In this document: positions 51,921 through 62,548 of the stretch, piece after piece
Numbering within the stretch: the stretch's first letter is position 1
Layout: each line of letters opens with the position of its first letter
IMG/VR virus record: IMGVR_UViG_3300045988_142974
Coordinates: 96,001-160,000 of that record
Reading direction: 5' to 3' (one strand)
DNA length: 64,000 nucleotides
Source: a virus
Notes under the pieces: model-generated
Seen by the model: only the letters and a program-made list of their open reading frames with translations
Database searches by the model: none
Told to the model about the DNA's origin: nothing
Program-made: the position numbers and the translations under genes

Positions 51921-53548
51921 TGGCACATGAAGGACTTGTAGACAAAAGAGCATATTTGAATACGATTGGTTGTTTAATACAAGATTCTTCCTTAATAGAT
52001 GATATTGATAGACCATTAGATAGAACTGATTTTAATACAGAGAACTTCTATGAATTGCTATTTGTTGCAATTTACAATCTACATATGCAAGGTTGCACCA
52101 CAATTGATGAATTTAGTATAGATTCATATCTAAGCAATTACAAAGAGCAGTATTCAATTTTTCAGGAGAATCAAGGTATAGAATATCTTTCAAATGCAAG
52201 AGATATAGCTACCATTGAGAACTATGATTATTATTATCACAGATTAAGAAAATACGCATTGCTTAGATATTATGAGCAAAAAGGTCTTGATACAAGATTT
52301 ATTTTTGACAGTACCATTGCAGATACCTCAAAGATGGAAGCTGAACAAATTAAGTTTGACAATTATACTGAGCAAGACATTATTGAAATGGTTGAAGCGA
52401 CATTTGTTATTAATCCCAATATGAAATATTGTACCAATACACTAAGTACAGATGTTCAGGCTGGTGATGGCATGACAGATTTGGTAAATGAATTGATGGA
52501 AGTTCCTGATGTTGGTTTAGCCTTGAATAACGAGGGATTGAACACTGTATCAAGAGGTGCGAGATTAGGATGTTTATTTATGAGATCATGTCCTCAAGGT
52601 GGTGGTAAAACTCGTATGGCTGCTGGTGATGCTTGTAAAATTGCAGTTCCGTATTTTTATGATGTTGTATCAAAGCAGTATGTGTATACAGGAAATTGTG
52701 AGCCGACTACTATTTTCTCAACTGAGATGCCAGTAGATGAAATACAGACATTATTAATTGCAGCCGTTAGTAAAGTAAATGAGGAACATATTCTATATGG
52801 TACATATGAACAAGGAGAATTAGAAAGAGTTCAACAAGCCATTTCTTATATCGAATCTAGTCCATTATATATCGTACATATTCCTGATTTTTCCATTGAA
52901 GACATTAAAAACCAGATAAAAAAATACAACCGAGAATTTTCTGTTAGGTATTTTTTCTTTGACTATATTCATACCTCATTACGTTTAATGGCAGAAGTAA
53001 ATAGTAAATCTGGAATGGGATTGAAAGAGCATCAGTTATTATTGGTATTTGCAACTGAATTAAAGACGATTGCTCAACAGTTAGATGTGTTTATTTATAC
53101 TGCTTCTCAGTTAAATGGTGAAGCACAAAATGCACAGTATAAGGATCAGAATTTGTTGGCTGGTTCAAAAGCATTAGCGAATAAATTGGATATGGGTGTT
53201 ATTTCAATGGCTCCCACCAAAGCAGAGAAAAAGAAAATCGAATCAGTGTTACATAAAATGGTTAATATGCCTGTACCTAATATGTGTCATTGGGTATACA
53301 AAGTCAGACGAGGAAGATTAACACGAATCATTATTTGGACAAAAATTGATTTGGGTACTATGACAGAACAGTGTTTGTTTGTAACGAATTATGATTTTGA
53401 GTTAATTGATATGGATTTTACAAAGATTGAGCAGGTAGAAGAGAAGATTAAGGAACATTCTGTATTGCTATCTCAAGTACCTGATAATCCGATTGATGAA
53501 GAACAGGAAGAAGAACCAACTGATAAGAAGAGTTGGGGAAATTGGTAA
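51920..53548 (+). CDS. DnaB-like replicative DNA helicase
   Basis: Walker A CPQGGGKT; Walker B FFFDYIH; N-terminal DnaB-like helical domain. Confidence 0.82.
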   Translation: MAHEGLVDKRAYLNTIGCLIQDSSLIDDIDRPLDRTDFNTENFYELLFVAIYNLHMQGCTTIDEFSIDSYLSNYKEQYSIFQENQGIEYLSNARDIATIENYDYYYHRLRKYALLRYYEQKGLDTRFIFDSTIADTSKMEAEQIKFDNYTEQDIIEMVEATFVINPNMKYCTNTLSTDVQAGDGMTDLVNELMEVPDVGLALNNEGLNTVSRGARLGCLFMRSCPQGGGKTRMAAGDACKIAVPYFYDVVSKQYVYTGNCEPTTIFSTEMPVDEIQTLLIAAVSKVNEEHILYGTYEQGELERVQQAISYIESSPLYIVHIPDFSIEDIKNQIKKYNREFSVRYFFFDYIHTSLRLMAEVNSKSGMGLKEHQLLLVFATELKTIAQQLDVFIYTASQLNGEAQNAQYKDQNLLAGSKALANKLDMGVISMAPTKAEKKKIESVLHKMVNMPVPNMCHWVYKVRRGRLTRIIIWTKIDLGTMTEQCLFVTNYDFELIDMDFTKIEQVEEKIKEHSVLLSQVPDNPIDEEQEEEPTDKKSWGNW

Positions 53549-53561
53549 GTGAGGTGAGAGT

Positions 53562-54728
53562 ATGTATTTAGACAAGGATGCAATTCTTAACTCACTTACT
53601 AAGGAAGATATAATAACAATTGTTACTTATTTTGGCTCTAGTTATCCAAAAACAGATAGTAATGGCGATTTAATATTCCAATCGGTATGTCACGGATCAG
53701 ATTCGTGGAAATTGTATTATTATCACGAACCAAATGAGGATAAAGGGTACAAAGGAAGAACTTTTCATTGTTACTCTAAATGTTCAGATAGTTTTAACGT
53801 TGTTGAATTAGTAATTAGAGCCAATAGAGTTAAAGGAAAGACAGTTACATGGTATAAAGCGTTGCATTTTATTGGGCAACTTACAGGAAAGTTAGCTGTT
53901 ACAAGTGCTGATGAGATTGAGAAAGAAAAGAATCGTATTAATGATTTTGAATGGATTAATCGTTTGAAGTCAGTAAAAAAGAATAGACGTGAAGTACCTA
54001 CATTGTCTGAAATTAGTGAAAATATCTTAGACACATTCTACTATGCACCTCATGAAGATTGGTTAAATGACAACATTTCTCGTGAAGCTTTGAGCAGGTA
54101 TGAGATTGGTTATTATGGATTGACCAATCAAATCGTAATTCCACATCGGGACAAAGACAATCGGTTGATTGGAATTAGAGGTCGTTATCTTGATGAATCT
54201 GATATTGAAAGAGTAGGAAAGTATGTTCCGCTTCAAATAAGTGGGAAGTTTCTTAGTCATCAATTAGGTTCAAATCTATATGGAATCAATGTTACCCAAA
54301 ACAAAATTAAATCAATACGAAAAGCAATGCTGCTTGAGTCGGAAAAAGGATGTATGCAAAATTATTCGTACTTTGGAGAAGATTCATTTGCAGTAGCAAC
54401 TTGCGGAAGTAATATTACTGTCACTCAGCAAAAATTATTGTTGCAATATCTCAAATGTGAAGAAGTGATTGTGGCTTTTGATAGAGAATACCAGGATGCA
54501 CATTCTTTCGAGGCAGAGATTTATTATAACAAACTTGTAAAAAAAGTAGCAGGATTAGTGCCATATTGTAAAGTTTGTTTGTTATTAGACAGTGAGAATA
54601 GATTGCCTTATAAAGCCAGTCCTACAGATATGGGGAAAGAAACATTGTTGGAATTATTAGATGAGAAGATTGTTATCACAATGGATGAAGTTAATAGAGT
54701 GTTGAAAGAATCAAAGAAGGAGAAGTAA
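53562..54728 (+). CDS. DNA primase (zinc finger + Toprim)
   Basis: CHGSDS...HCYSKC zinc finger; Toprim-like LLESEKG and VAFDRE. Confidence 0.8.
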   Translation: MYLDKDAILNSLTKEDIITIVTYFGSSYPKTDSNGDLIFQSVCHGSDSWKLYYYHEPNEDKGYKGRTFHCYSKCSDSFNVVELVIRANRVKGKTVTWYKALHFIGQLTGKLAVTSADEIEKEKNRINDFEWINRLKSVKKNRREVPTLSEISENILDTFYYAPHEDWLNDNISREALSRYEIGYYGLTNQIVIPHRDKDNRLIGIRGRYLDESDIERVGKYVPLQISGKFLSHQLGSNLYGINVTQNKIKSIRKAMLLESEKGCMQNYSYFGEDSFAVATCGSNITVTQQKLLLQYLKCEEVIVAFDREYQDAHSFEAEIYYNKLVKKVAGLVPYCKVCLLLDSENRLPYKASPTDMGKETLLELLDEKIVITMDEVNRVLKESKKEK

Positions 54729-55700
54729 TTGCAAGAATTAAAAGATAGAGTAAGACCTGTAACTGATAAGGACAAAGGTTTACCTACATTTTCATATAGT
54801 AAAATTGAGGTTTTCAAAAATTGTCCTCTTCAGTATAAGTTTAAATATATGGATAAGAAGTATTCACATGATACTTCAATTGCACTTGAGTTGGGTAGTC
54901 TGTGTCATTATGTTTTGGAACAGAAGGGCAGGATGATTGCTTCTGGTCAAGCAGTAGATTATGACAAGTTAAATAATATTCTACAGAATGGAGTGACCGA
55001 AACAGACGAAAAAACAAAAGAAGAATTATTAGGTGTAGCACAACTAAGAAGAAAATATTTCGAAGTATGGCACGAAGCTGATAATGCGAGTGGTGCTTCA
55101 TATGAAGAAAAAATAAAACTATTTGACAAAGTGTTACACGAAGAAATGGAAGATACTACTTGGCAGCCTACATATTTTGAAAAACCTTTTGAATTTGTAT
55201 GGGATAATAAAGTTATTTTAAAAGGTTTTATTGACCGAATTGATGTAAAGGATGGTCAGTATAGAATGGTTGATTATAAGACTTCCAAGAAAATATATGA
55301 TCAGAGTAAATTGGCAACTTCATTACAGTTTGGAATTTATGCCTTGGCAATTTTAAACGAATTTGGTGAATTGCCTATTGAATCGCAGTATAGATTCATC
55401 CTTATAGATGATGAACAATATGCTCTTACAAAAGGATGGGAAAAACGTTTAATCAAAGCACTTGATAAAGTGTTTGGTGATATTGAAGCAAGTGAGAATA
55501 AAAATCTGTTTATTCCGAAACCCACGCCATTGTGTCATTGGTGCAATTTCTGCACAACAAATCCAGAAGCAACTATTTATAAAAATGAATGTGAATATTA
55601 TTCAAAGTGGACACCAACTCAAAAGACATTTGAAGTCAATAAAAAGTGGAATGCTTTGGAGAATAATAATACAGAGAAGAAAAGAAAGTTGGTATTTTAA
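54729..55700 (+). CDS. PD-(D/E)XK Cas4/AddB-type nuclease with 4-Cys cluster
   Basis: N-terminal FKNCPLQYKFKY, DYKTSKK core, C-terminal CHWCNFC. TTG start. Confidence 0.8.
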   Translation: MQELKDRVRPVTDKDKGLPTFSYSKIEVFKNCPLQYKFKYMDKKYSHDTSIALELGSLCHYVLEQKGRMIASGQAVDYDKLNNILQNGVTETDEKTKEELLGVAQLRRKYFEVWHEADNASGASYEEKIKLFDKVLHEEMEDTTWQPTYFEKPFEFVWDNKVILKGFIDRIDVKDGQYRMVDYKTSKKIYDQSKLATSLQFGIYALAILNEFGELPIESQYRFILIDDEQYALTKGWEKRLIKALDKVFGDIEASENKNLFIPKPTPLCHWCNFCTTNPEATIYKNECEYYSKWTPTQKTFEVNKKWNALENNNTEKKRKLVF

Positions 55701-55766
55701 TGACAGAAGAAAAGTTGAAAATGATTGAGCCTATTTATGACTCGTTTGAATAAAAGGAGGATTTGA

Positions 55767-58700
55767 GTGAGTTTTTTTGGAGTACATAACCATAGTGCAG
55801 AGGGAAGCAATTTAAGACTTCGAGATTCTATAAATAAAGTGCCTGAAATGATTGAGTATGCTCACTCATTAGGTCATGCTGGTATTTGCTTTACGGAACA
55901 TGAATCTATCACTTCCTCTTTAGATGCACTTAAATACTATGATAGTCACAAGGATTTAGAAGGATGGGAGAATTTTAAAGTTGTTCTTGGTAATGAGATA
56001 TATTTGTGTACAGAAGATGTAACTGCCGAGAATAAATTTAATAATAGATATCCTCATTTTATTTTAGTAGCATTAAATGCTCATGGGCATCAAGGCATTA
56101 GAGAATTAAGCACAAAAGCTTGGACTAAGAACTCTTTTATGCATGTCATGATGCGAGTTCCTACCTATTATAGTGATCTTGAAGAAATGATGGCAAACTA
56201 TAAAGGAGATATTATCGGAAGCTCGGCTTGCCTCGGGGGAGCATTACCACATAGACTTTTACAGTTTCAGGATTTAGAAAGAGCAAATCCAAAGGAATAT
56301 GAAAAAATATGGCAATCTTGTAAAGATTGGATTGCATATATGAATGAGATATTTGGTGAAGGATACTTCTTTTTAGAGTTGCAACCTTCTCATATGTTGG
56401 AACAAATCTATGTCAATCACAAGTTAATTCAGTTATCAGAAGAGACAGGTACACCATATATCATTACAACGGATGCTCATTATCTTAAAAAAGAAGATAG
56501 ACAGATACATAAAATCTTTTTGGAATCTCAAGACGGCGACAGAGAGGTGGATGATTTTTATTCTACCACTTATATTATGAGTGAAGATGAAATTCATGAA
56601 TATATGGACGAATACTATGGTCACGATGTAGTTCAAAAAGGATTAGATAATACAATGCTTATATATGGAAAAGCAGAGTATTACAAACTCACAAAAGACC
56701 TCGATATTCCGTACATTCCATTAAATACTTCTGAACCGAACAAAGAATTGTATGAAAAGTTTAAGAATCAAATCCCTTTATTAAGTGAGTTTTATCATTC
56801 TGAATACGATTGTGATAGGCATTTAGTAAGAGATATTGTTGCTTATATTGACACAGATCCTTATTACCAAACAGACGAAGCTTATGAAAAAATAAACGAA
56901 TGTCTTCATTATATAAAGGATTCATCCGAAAAAATGAAGGTTCGTTGGTCTAAATATCTTCTTCAGATTGCTATTGATGTACAAATTGCTTGGAGTGCAG
57001 GTACATTAGTAGGGGCTGGTCGAGGTTCTGGTGTAGGTTTCTGTCTATTAAATATTCTTGGTATCACACAGATTAATCCATTAAGAGAAAAAACAAAGAC
57101 ATATCCTTGGAGATTCTTGAATCCAGAACGTGCTTCTGTTTTGGATATTGATATTGATATATGTGGTTCAAAGCGTGAAGCAGTTATTCAGGCTATGAAA
57201 GATACATATGGAGAAGATAGAGTTAGTAAGGTTATGACATTATCAACTGAAAAGAGTAGAAGTGCTATCTTAACAGCAGCTCGTGGTTTGAAGATTGATA
57301 ATGATATAGCTCAGTATATTAGTTCATTGATTGTAGCTGATAGAGGTCAATTAAGAACTTTATCACAAATGTATTATGGTGATGATGATAACCCACCTGT
57401 ACAAGAATTTGTTACAGAAATGAATAAATATCCTGAATTATGGGAAGCTGCACAGAAGATAGAAGGACTTGTCAATGGTGTAGGTTCACATGCAGGTGGA
57501 ATTATCTTAGTTGATAGACCATTTACAGATACAACAGCACTTATGAAAACAAATTCAGGTGATGTTATTACTCAGTTTGATTTACATATGTGTGAAGATT
57601 GTTCTCTTATTAAGGTCGATCTGCTTTGTATTGATGCTTTGGATAAAATGCAAGCAGAGTTGGAACTGCTTTTGGAGAATAATGTAATAGAGTGGCAAGG
57701 TTCATTGAAAGCTACTTATGAAAAATATATTGGTGTATATACTTTGGAACGTAATGCTAAAGATATGTGGGAAATGCTTTGGAATCACAAAGTAATGTCA
57801 TTCTTTCAGATGGAGAAAGAGAGTGGCGTACAGGCGGTTGCATTAGCAAAACCTGCTTCTGTCGATGAATTAGCAACCATTAACTCAGTATTGCGACTTA
57901 TGGCACAGGAAAAAGGTGCTGAAACACCATTACAGAAATATGCTCGTTTTAGAGAAAATATCCAGTATTGGTATGATGAAATGACTGAATATGGTCTGAC
58001 ACAAGAAGAACAAGATATTCTGAAAGATATTATTGGAGTATCATTTGGTATCTGTGAAGCCCAGGAGTATTTGGTACTTTTGACAATGCATCCGAAGATT
58101 GGCGGCTTCTCACTAGCTTGGGGTGATAGATTAAGAAAAGCGGTCGCAAAGAAGAAGCCAAAAGAGTTCTTGCAATTACAAGAAGAGTTCTTTGCTAATG
58201 CGGAAGAGAAGCATTTATCAAAGAATTTAACGACCTATGTGTGGAATGTGCTTATTTGCACTCAGCGAGGGTATGGATTCAACAAAAGTCATACACTAGC
58301 CTACTCGATTATAGGTCTTCAAGAGCTGAATTTGTGTTATAAATATAGCCCGATTTACTGGCAGACAGCGAATTTAATTGTAGATTCTGGTGCAGTAGAT
58401 GAAAATGCAGGTGATTCTACCAATTATGGAAAGATGGCAATAGCAATAGCGGCTGTTCAAAAAGAGAATGTAAAAGTAGAACTTCCACTTATCAACTCAG
58501 CAGACTTTGGTTTTAAAGCAGATGTTGAGAACAATCGTATCATTTTTGGACTAAAGGGTATCAATGGTATAGGCGATGATATTGTACAAGCAATTATTCA
58601 GAACAGACCATTTAATTCTATGGAAGATTTCGCTCATAAAATGCTTGATACAAAGCTTATTACCAAGTCAAAAATGGTTCAATTAATTAAAGCTGGTTGC

Positions 58701-59705
58701 TTTACAGAATTGCACTCATCAGATAGAAAAGAAACAATGCGTTGGTATTTAAAAAACTATGCTTTTACTCCAAGTGACAAGATTACAATGCAACAGTTCG
58801 CAAAAATGACAGAATTGGGTATTATTCCTGAATCATTAGATTTAGCAAAACGTATGGTTAATTTCAAAAAATATGTTTTAGATGATGAAGGATTGTATGA
58901 AAAGCATATAGATGAAGGAAAGAAAATACCCAAAAGAGGATATCATGATGGTTATTATATTCTCGACAACAATTCTCAGCCTTTCTTCAAGGAACATTTC
59001 ACAGAAGACTCAGTAATTAAAATAAAAGGAGAATATTATATTGTATCAGAGAAATTATTTACCAAGGAGGTTGATAGATACATTCAGCCATTAAAGGATT
59101 GGTTTGACAATTCTGATACATTAAATCTCTACAATGGGGTTTTATTCAAAACTGTTTGGAATCAATATGCTGATGGTACATTACCTTCTTGGTCTATGCA
59201 AGCATTGAGTTTCTATGATGGTGAGCATGAATTGGAGAATATTAATGAAGAACTATATGGCATAGTTAATTTCTTTGATTTACCAGAAGAACCAGAACCT
59301 TACGATTATTACACTCGTTATATTGATGGTTCACCAAAGAAAATACCTAAATTTAAGATTTCAAGAATAGCAGGAACAGTTATTAATGCTGATAACTTGC
59401 ATTGTATGGTCACACTTCTTACAAAATATGGTGCAGTACATGTGAAGTTTAATAAAGGTCATTATGCATTTTATAATAAACAAATTTCAGCAAAGCTTGA
59501 TCCGAATAGTGACAAGAAAACTGTACTTGAAAGAAGTTGGCTAAGTAGAGGTTCAAAGATTGTTGTGGCAGGAATCAGAAGAGATGATAGTTTCAGACCA
59601 ATGATTTATAAAGACACAATTTATCAACACACAGTAAACAAGGTTCAAGAGATACATTCAGATGGCACATTGCTACTTCAATCTGAAAGAACAAAAGTTG
59701 ATTAA
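55767..59705 (+). CDS. dnaE: DNA polymerase III alpha subunit (PHP + polymerase core)
   Basis: N-terminal PHP GVHNHS...CFTEHE; 1312 aa; finger/palm motifs GRGSGVGF, DIDID, FNKSH. Confidence 0.92.
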   Translation: MSFFGVHNHSAEGSNLRLRDSINKVPEMIEYAHSLGHAGICFTEHESITSSLDALKYYDSHKDLEGWENFKVVLGNEIYLCTEDVTAENKFNNRYPHFILVALNAHGHQGIRELSTKAWTKNSFMHVMMRVPTYYSDLEEMMANYKGDIIGSSACLGGALPHRLLQFQDLERANPKEYEKIWQSCKDWIAYMNEIFGEGYFFLELQPSHMLEQIYVNHKLIQLSEETGTPYIITTDAHYLKKEDRQIHKIFLESQDGDREVDDFYSTTYIMSEDEIHEYMDEYYGHDVVQKGLDNTMLIYGKAEYYKLTKDLDIPYIPLNTSEPNKELYEKFKNQIPLLSEFYHSEYDCDRHLVRDIVAYIDTDPYYQTDEAYEKINECLHYIKDSSEKMKVRWSKYLLQIAIDVQIAWSAGTLVGAGRGSGVGFCLLNILGITQINPLREKTKTYPWRFLNPERASVLDIDIDICGSKREAVIQAMKDTYGEDRVSKVMTLSTEKSRSAILTAARGLKIDNDIAQYISSLIVADRGQLRTLSQMYYGDDDNPPVQEFVTEMNKYPELWEAAQKIEGLVNGVGSHAGGIILVDRPFTDTTALMKTNSGDVITQFDLHMCEDCSLIKVDLLCIDALDKMQAELELLLENNVIEWQGSLKATYEKYIGVYTLERNAKDMWEMLWNHKVMSFFQMEKESGVQAVALAKPASVDELATINSVLRLMAQEKGAETPLQKYARFRENIQYWYDEMTEYGLTQEEQDILKDIIGVSFGICEAQEYLVLLTMHPKIGGFSLAWGDRLRKAVAKKKPKEFLQLQEEFFANAEEKHLSKNLTTYVWNVLICTQRGYGFNKSHTLAYSIIGLQELNLCYKYSPIYWQTANLIVDSGAVDENAGDSTNYGKMAIAIAAVQKENVKVELPLINSADFGFKADVENNRIIFGLKGINGIGDDIVQAIIQNRPFNSMEDFAHKMLDTKLITKSKMVQLIKAGCFTELHSSDRKETMRWYLKNYAFTPSDKITMQQFAKMTELGIIPESLDLAKRMVNFKKYVLDDEGLYEKHIDEGKKIPKRGYHDGYYILDNNSQPFFKEHFTEDSVIKIKGEYYIVSEKLFTKEVDRYIQPLKDWFDNSDTLNLYNGVLFKTVWNQYADGTLPSWSMQALSFYDGEHELENINEELYGIVNFFDLPEEPEPYDYYTRYIDGSPKKIPKFKISRIAGTVINADNLHCMVTLLTKYGAVHVKFNKGHYAFYNKQISAKLDPNSDKKTVLERSWLSRGSKIVVAGIRRDDSFRPMIYKDTIYQHTVNKVQEIHSDGTLLLQSERTKVD

Positions 59706-59722
59706 AAGGAAAGTGAGGACTA

Positions 59723-61975
59723 ATGGCATCAGAAAATAGAATAAAAATTATATGTAGTGTAGAGACAATACGATTTTATAAAAATGAATTCGGAATTGCT
59801 GTTGTCTCAGTAGATAAGGTCAAAGAGGGTAAACCTAAGACCGATAAATTCAATCAAATCATAATCAAAGGTACAATGCCACAGTTGGTTGAAGGTAATC
59901 CATATGTATTAGTGGCAGATTATGTAGAAGATCCCAAATGGGGAGGACAATACAATATCATATCAATCTATAGTGCCATTACTTTTAATGAGAATGACAA
60001 AGTTGGACAGAAGAAATTCTTGTCCACTTTGTTTACCCCACTTCAGATTGAAAATATGTATGATGCATTGGATGATCCATTTGATTCTTTGAAGAATAAC
60101 AAAGCAGAAGATTTGGTAAAGGTCAGAGGTTGTGGATTAGACACGGCTGCACGATGGATTGAAAGATTTAATAGAAATATCCATTTAGCAAAAATCTTCT
60201 CAGAGTTGGAGCAGTATAACCTTACGAACAATATGGTGAATAGATTAATGGAACGATATAATTCACCTGACTTAGTTGTTGAAAAGGTTAAAAATAATCC
60301 ATATATCTTATGTAATGAAGTAAAAGGAATTGGTTGGAAAACGGCAGACAAAATAGCTCTTGATAGTGGAATGGAAGAATTTTGTTCTCAACGTATTAGT
60401 GCTTTTATTTACAAATATCTTGAAGATTCTGGTCAGGATGGTTGTTCATGGATTACACCTGATGAGTTAATGGGGGCAATTATTGATGAACTTGGCGAAG
60501 ATGTTCCTGATATGAATATTACAGAAGCAATTCATGATATGGGTGATGAGTTGTGGTGGAATGAAGATAAGACACAGATTGGTCTTAGAAAATTCTACAA
60601 TATTGAAGATAAAATTGCCAAAGAATTAATCCGATTAAGAGATGCAAAATCAGAGATTACATATGGCGATTGGGAAGATACAATCAAGCATGTCGAGCAT
60701 AAGAATGGTTGGCAGTTTACAGAAGAACAGCGAATGGGTGTAAAAGAAGCTCTTGAAAATAATGTAGTTGTTATTCATGGTGAAGCTGGAACAGGTAAGA
60801 GTTCATCCGTGTCTGCTTTTCTTGAAGCATTGAAAGATTATGTATATGTACAGTGTGCTTTATCTGGTCGTGCAAGTTCTCGAATGGCTGAAATCACAGG
60901 AGAAGAAGGATATACAATTCATAGATTGCTTAAATATCCTTGTACTGATGATGGGGGCAAGAATGGTTTCACATATCATGATGAAAACCCATTGGATGTT
61001 GACATTGTAATCGTAGATGAGATTTCAATGGTTGATGCCTATCTTTTCTATTATCTTTTAAGAGCAATCCCTTCAGGTGCAAAGCTTATCTGTCTTGGAG
61101 ATATGGGACAGTTAGAGTCAATTGGGTGTGGCAACATTGCATTTGATATGATCAATTCTCCTGAGATTCCCACTGTATATCTTAGTCAAGTACATAGACA
61201 AGCAGCAGCTTCAGCTATTGTTACAGAAGCAAGACGTATTCGTAAAGGAATACAGATTGTAGAAAAAGACTGGGTTGGTACAGAGACAAGAGGAGAATTG
61301 CAGGATTTATCACTAGATTGTTATTCAGATAAGAGTAATACTTTCTATAAAATAATGCAGAGATTTTCAGAAGCAATGAATACAGAGAACTTCAATGTTA
61401 TGGAAACTCAGATACTTGTCCCTGTTAAGAAACAAGGTGATGCTTGCACTTATAACATCAATAATACGATTCAGGATTTATATAATCCAGAAGACGACAA
61501 TAAAGAACAGATTGAGGTTGTATCACAGGGTAAAGTAATTCTTCGAGAAGGAGATAAAGTTATCAATACACAGAATACATACAAAACCAATCCACCTATC
61601 TTTAATGGTAATCTTGGTATTATTAAAAAGGTATTTCCAGAAGATAAAGCAGTGCTTATTTCATTTATGGGAATTGGAGAAGTATACGTAGAAGAAACAC
61701 AAGTTAATAGTATTGAACTTGGTTATGCAATCACAGTTCACAAGTCTCAAGGTTCTCAGTTCGATCATGTTATTTTCGGCATTGATTTTTCATCATATTC
61801 CCTTTTAACAAGAGAATTATTATATACAGGAATTACAAGAGCAAAGAAAAAATGTGATTTGGTTGCTCAAACTGGTGCTTTGAGAATGGCTATCAGTAAA
61901 GAAGGCGTAAGTAAGAAACAGACTCACTTACAGCAGTGTTTGTATGACACAGCTCATCCGAAGTTAGTATTTTAA
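59723..61975 (+). CDS. RecD/RecD2-like SF1 helicase
   Basis: HGEAGTGKSS, IVDEISMV, TVHKSQGSQF, YTGITRAKK. Confidence 0.85.
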   Translation: MASENRIKIICSVETIRFYKNEFGIAVVSVDKVKEGKPKTDKFNQIIIKGTMPQLVEGNPYVLVADYVEDPKWGGQYNIISIYSAITFNENDKVGQKKFLSTLFTPLQIENMYDALDDPFDSLKNNKAEDLVKVRGCGLDTAARWIERFNRNIHLAKIFSELEQYNLTNNMVNRLMERYNSPDLVVEKVKNNPYILCNEVKGIGWKTADKIALDSGMEEFCSQRISAFIYKYLEDSGQDGCSWITPDELMGAIIDELGEDVPDMNITEAIHDMGDELWWNEDKTQIGLRKFYNIEDKIAKELIRLRDAKSEITYGDWEDTIKHVEHKNGWQFTEEQRMGVKEALENNVVVIHGEAGTGKSSSVSAFLEALKDYVYVQCALSGRASSRMAEITGEEGYTIHRLLKYPCTDDGGKNGFTYHDENPLDVDIVIVDEISMVDAYLFYYLLRAIPSGAKLICLGDMGQLESIGCGNIAFDMINSPEIPTVYLSQVHRQAAASAIVTEARRIRKGIQIVEKDWVGTETRGELQDLSLDCYSDKSNTFYKIMQRFSEAMNTENFNVMETQILVPVKKQGDACTYNINNTIQDLYNPEDDNKEQIEVVSQGKVILREGDKVINTQNTYKTNPPIFNGNLGIIKKVFPEDKAVLISFMGIGEVYVEETQVNSIELGYAITVHKSQGSQFDHVIFGIDFSSYSLLTRELLYTGITRAKKKCDLVAQTGALRMAISKEGVSKKQTHLQQCLYDTAHPKLVF

Positions 61976-62002
61976 GAGAATAATATAGTAGAGGTTTCTG
62001 GA

Positions 62003-62530
62003 ATGCCCATAAATAGGGCGTTTCAGAGACTCAAAAAGCCAAGGAAAGACGGATTTCATGCCGTTCTTAACACAATATATAGTGGTTGGATAAACACGCA
62101 ACCGCTATATATAGTACATAATAAAGGAGATGATACTACATATATGAAATTTTATGAACGATTAGAACACTGGTCATATTTATTAAAATCAAAAGCATTA
62201 TATCATGAGCTGAAATATTATGTAAAGAAACGACAAACACACATTAAACGATTATATGGTTTTAATAGTAGAGGGATCGGTAAAACATATAATCTGATGA
62301 AGATTAGTGGTAAATATAAAATTCCTGTTATTGAACCGATGGGAAGCATGGCAGATTATGCATATAAAATGCACTTAAAATTCAATCCAATTGTACTTAC
62401 ACCAAGTCAGTTAAGAGAGAAAGTGCAGCCAGGAACAATTATATTGGTTGATGAAAAACAATTATTGAATGAAAATGCTAAATCTGAATTAGATAGATAT
62501 ATACAAGTTGGATTTGAAACAGAGAATTAA
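62003..62530 (+). CDS. hypothetical protein (alternative start ATG 62145)
   Basis: ORF track; SD AGAGG 8 nt upstream of 62003. The 5' 140 nt contain two long hairpins. Confidence 0.5.
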   Translation: MPINRAFQRLKKPRKDGFHAVLNTIYSGWINTQPLYIVHNKGDDTTYMKFYERLEHWSYLLKSKALYHELKYYVKKRQTHIKRLYGFNSRGIGKTYNLMKISGKYKIPVIEPMGSMADYAYKMHLKFNPIVLTPSQLREKVQPGTIILVDEKQLLNENAKSELDRYIQVGFETEN

Positions 62531-62548
62531 ATATAAGGAGAATACTTT

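Noticed and set aside
14825-55728. Alternative-frame + strand ORFs nested in larger genes (14825..15043, 16103..16390, 17141..17335, 18164..18385, 21428..21703, 24468..24683, 26189..26374, 47770..47955, 50039..50233, 50609..50839, 55462..55728)
   Set aside because: Each is embedded in a longer ORF with recognisable family motifs. None has an SD, and the translations are Arg/Leu/Ser-rich frame artefacts.
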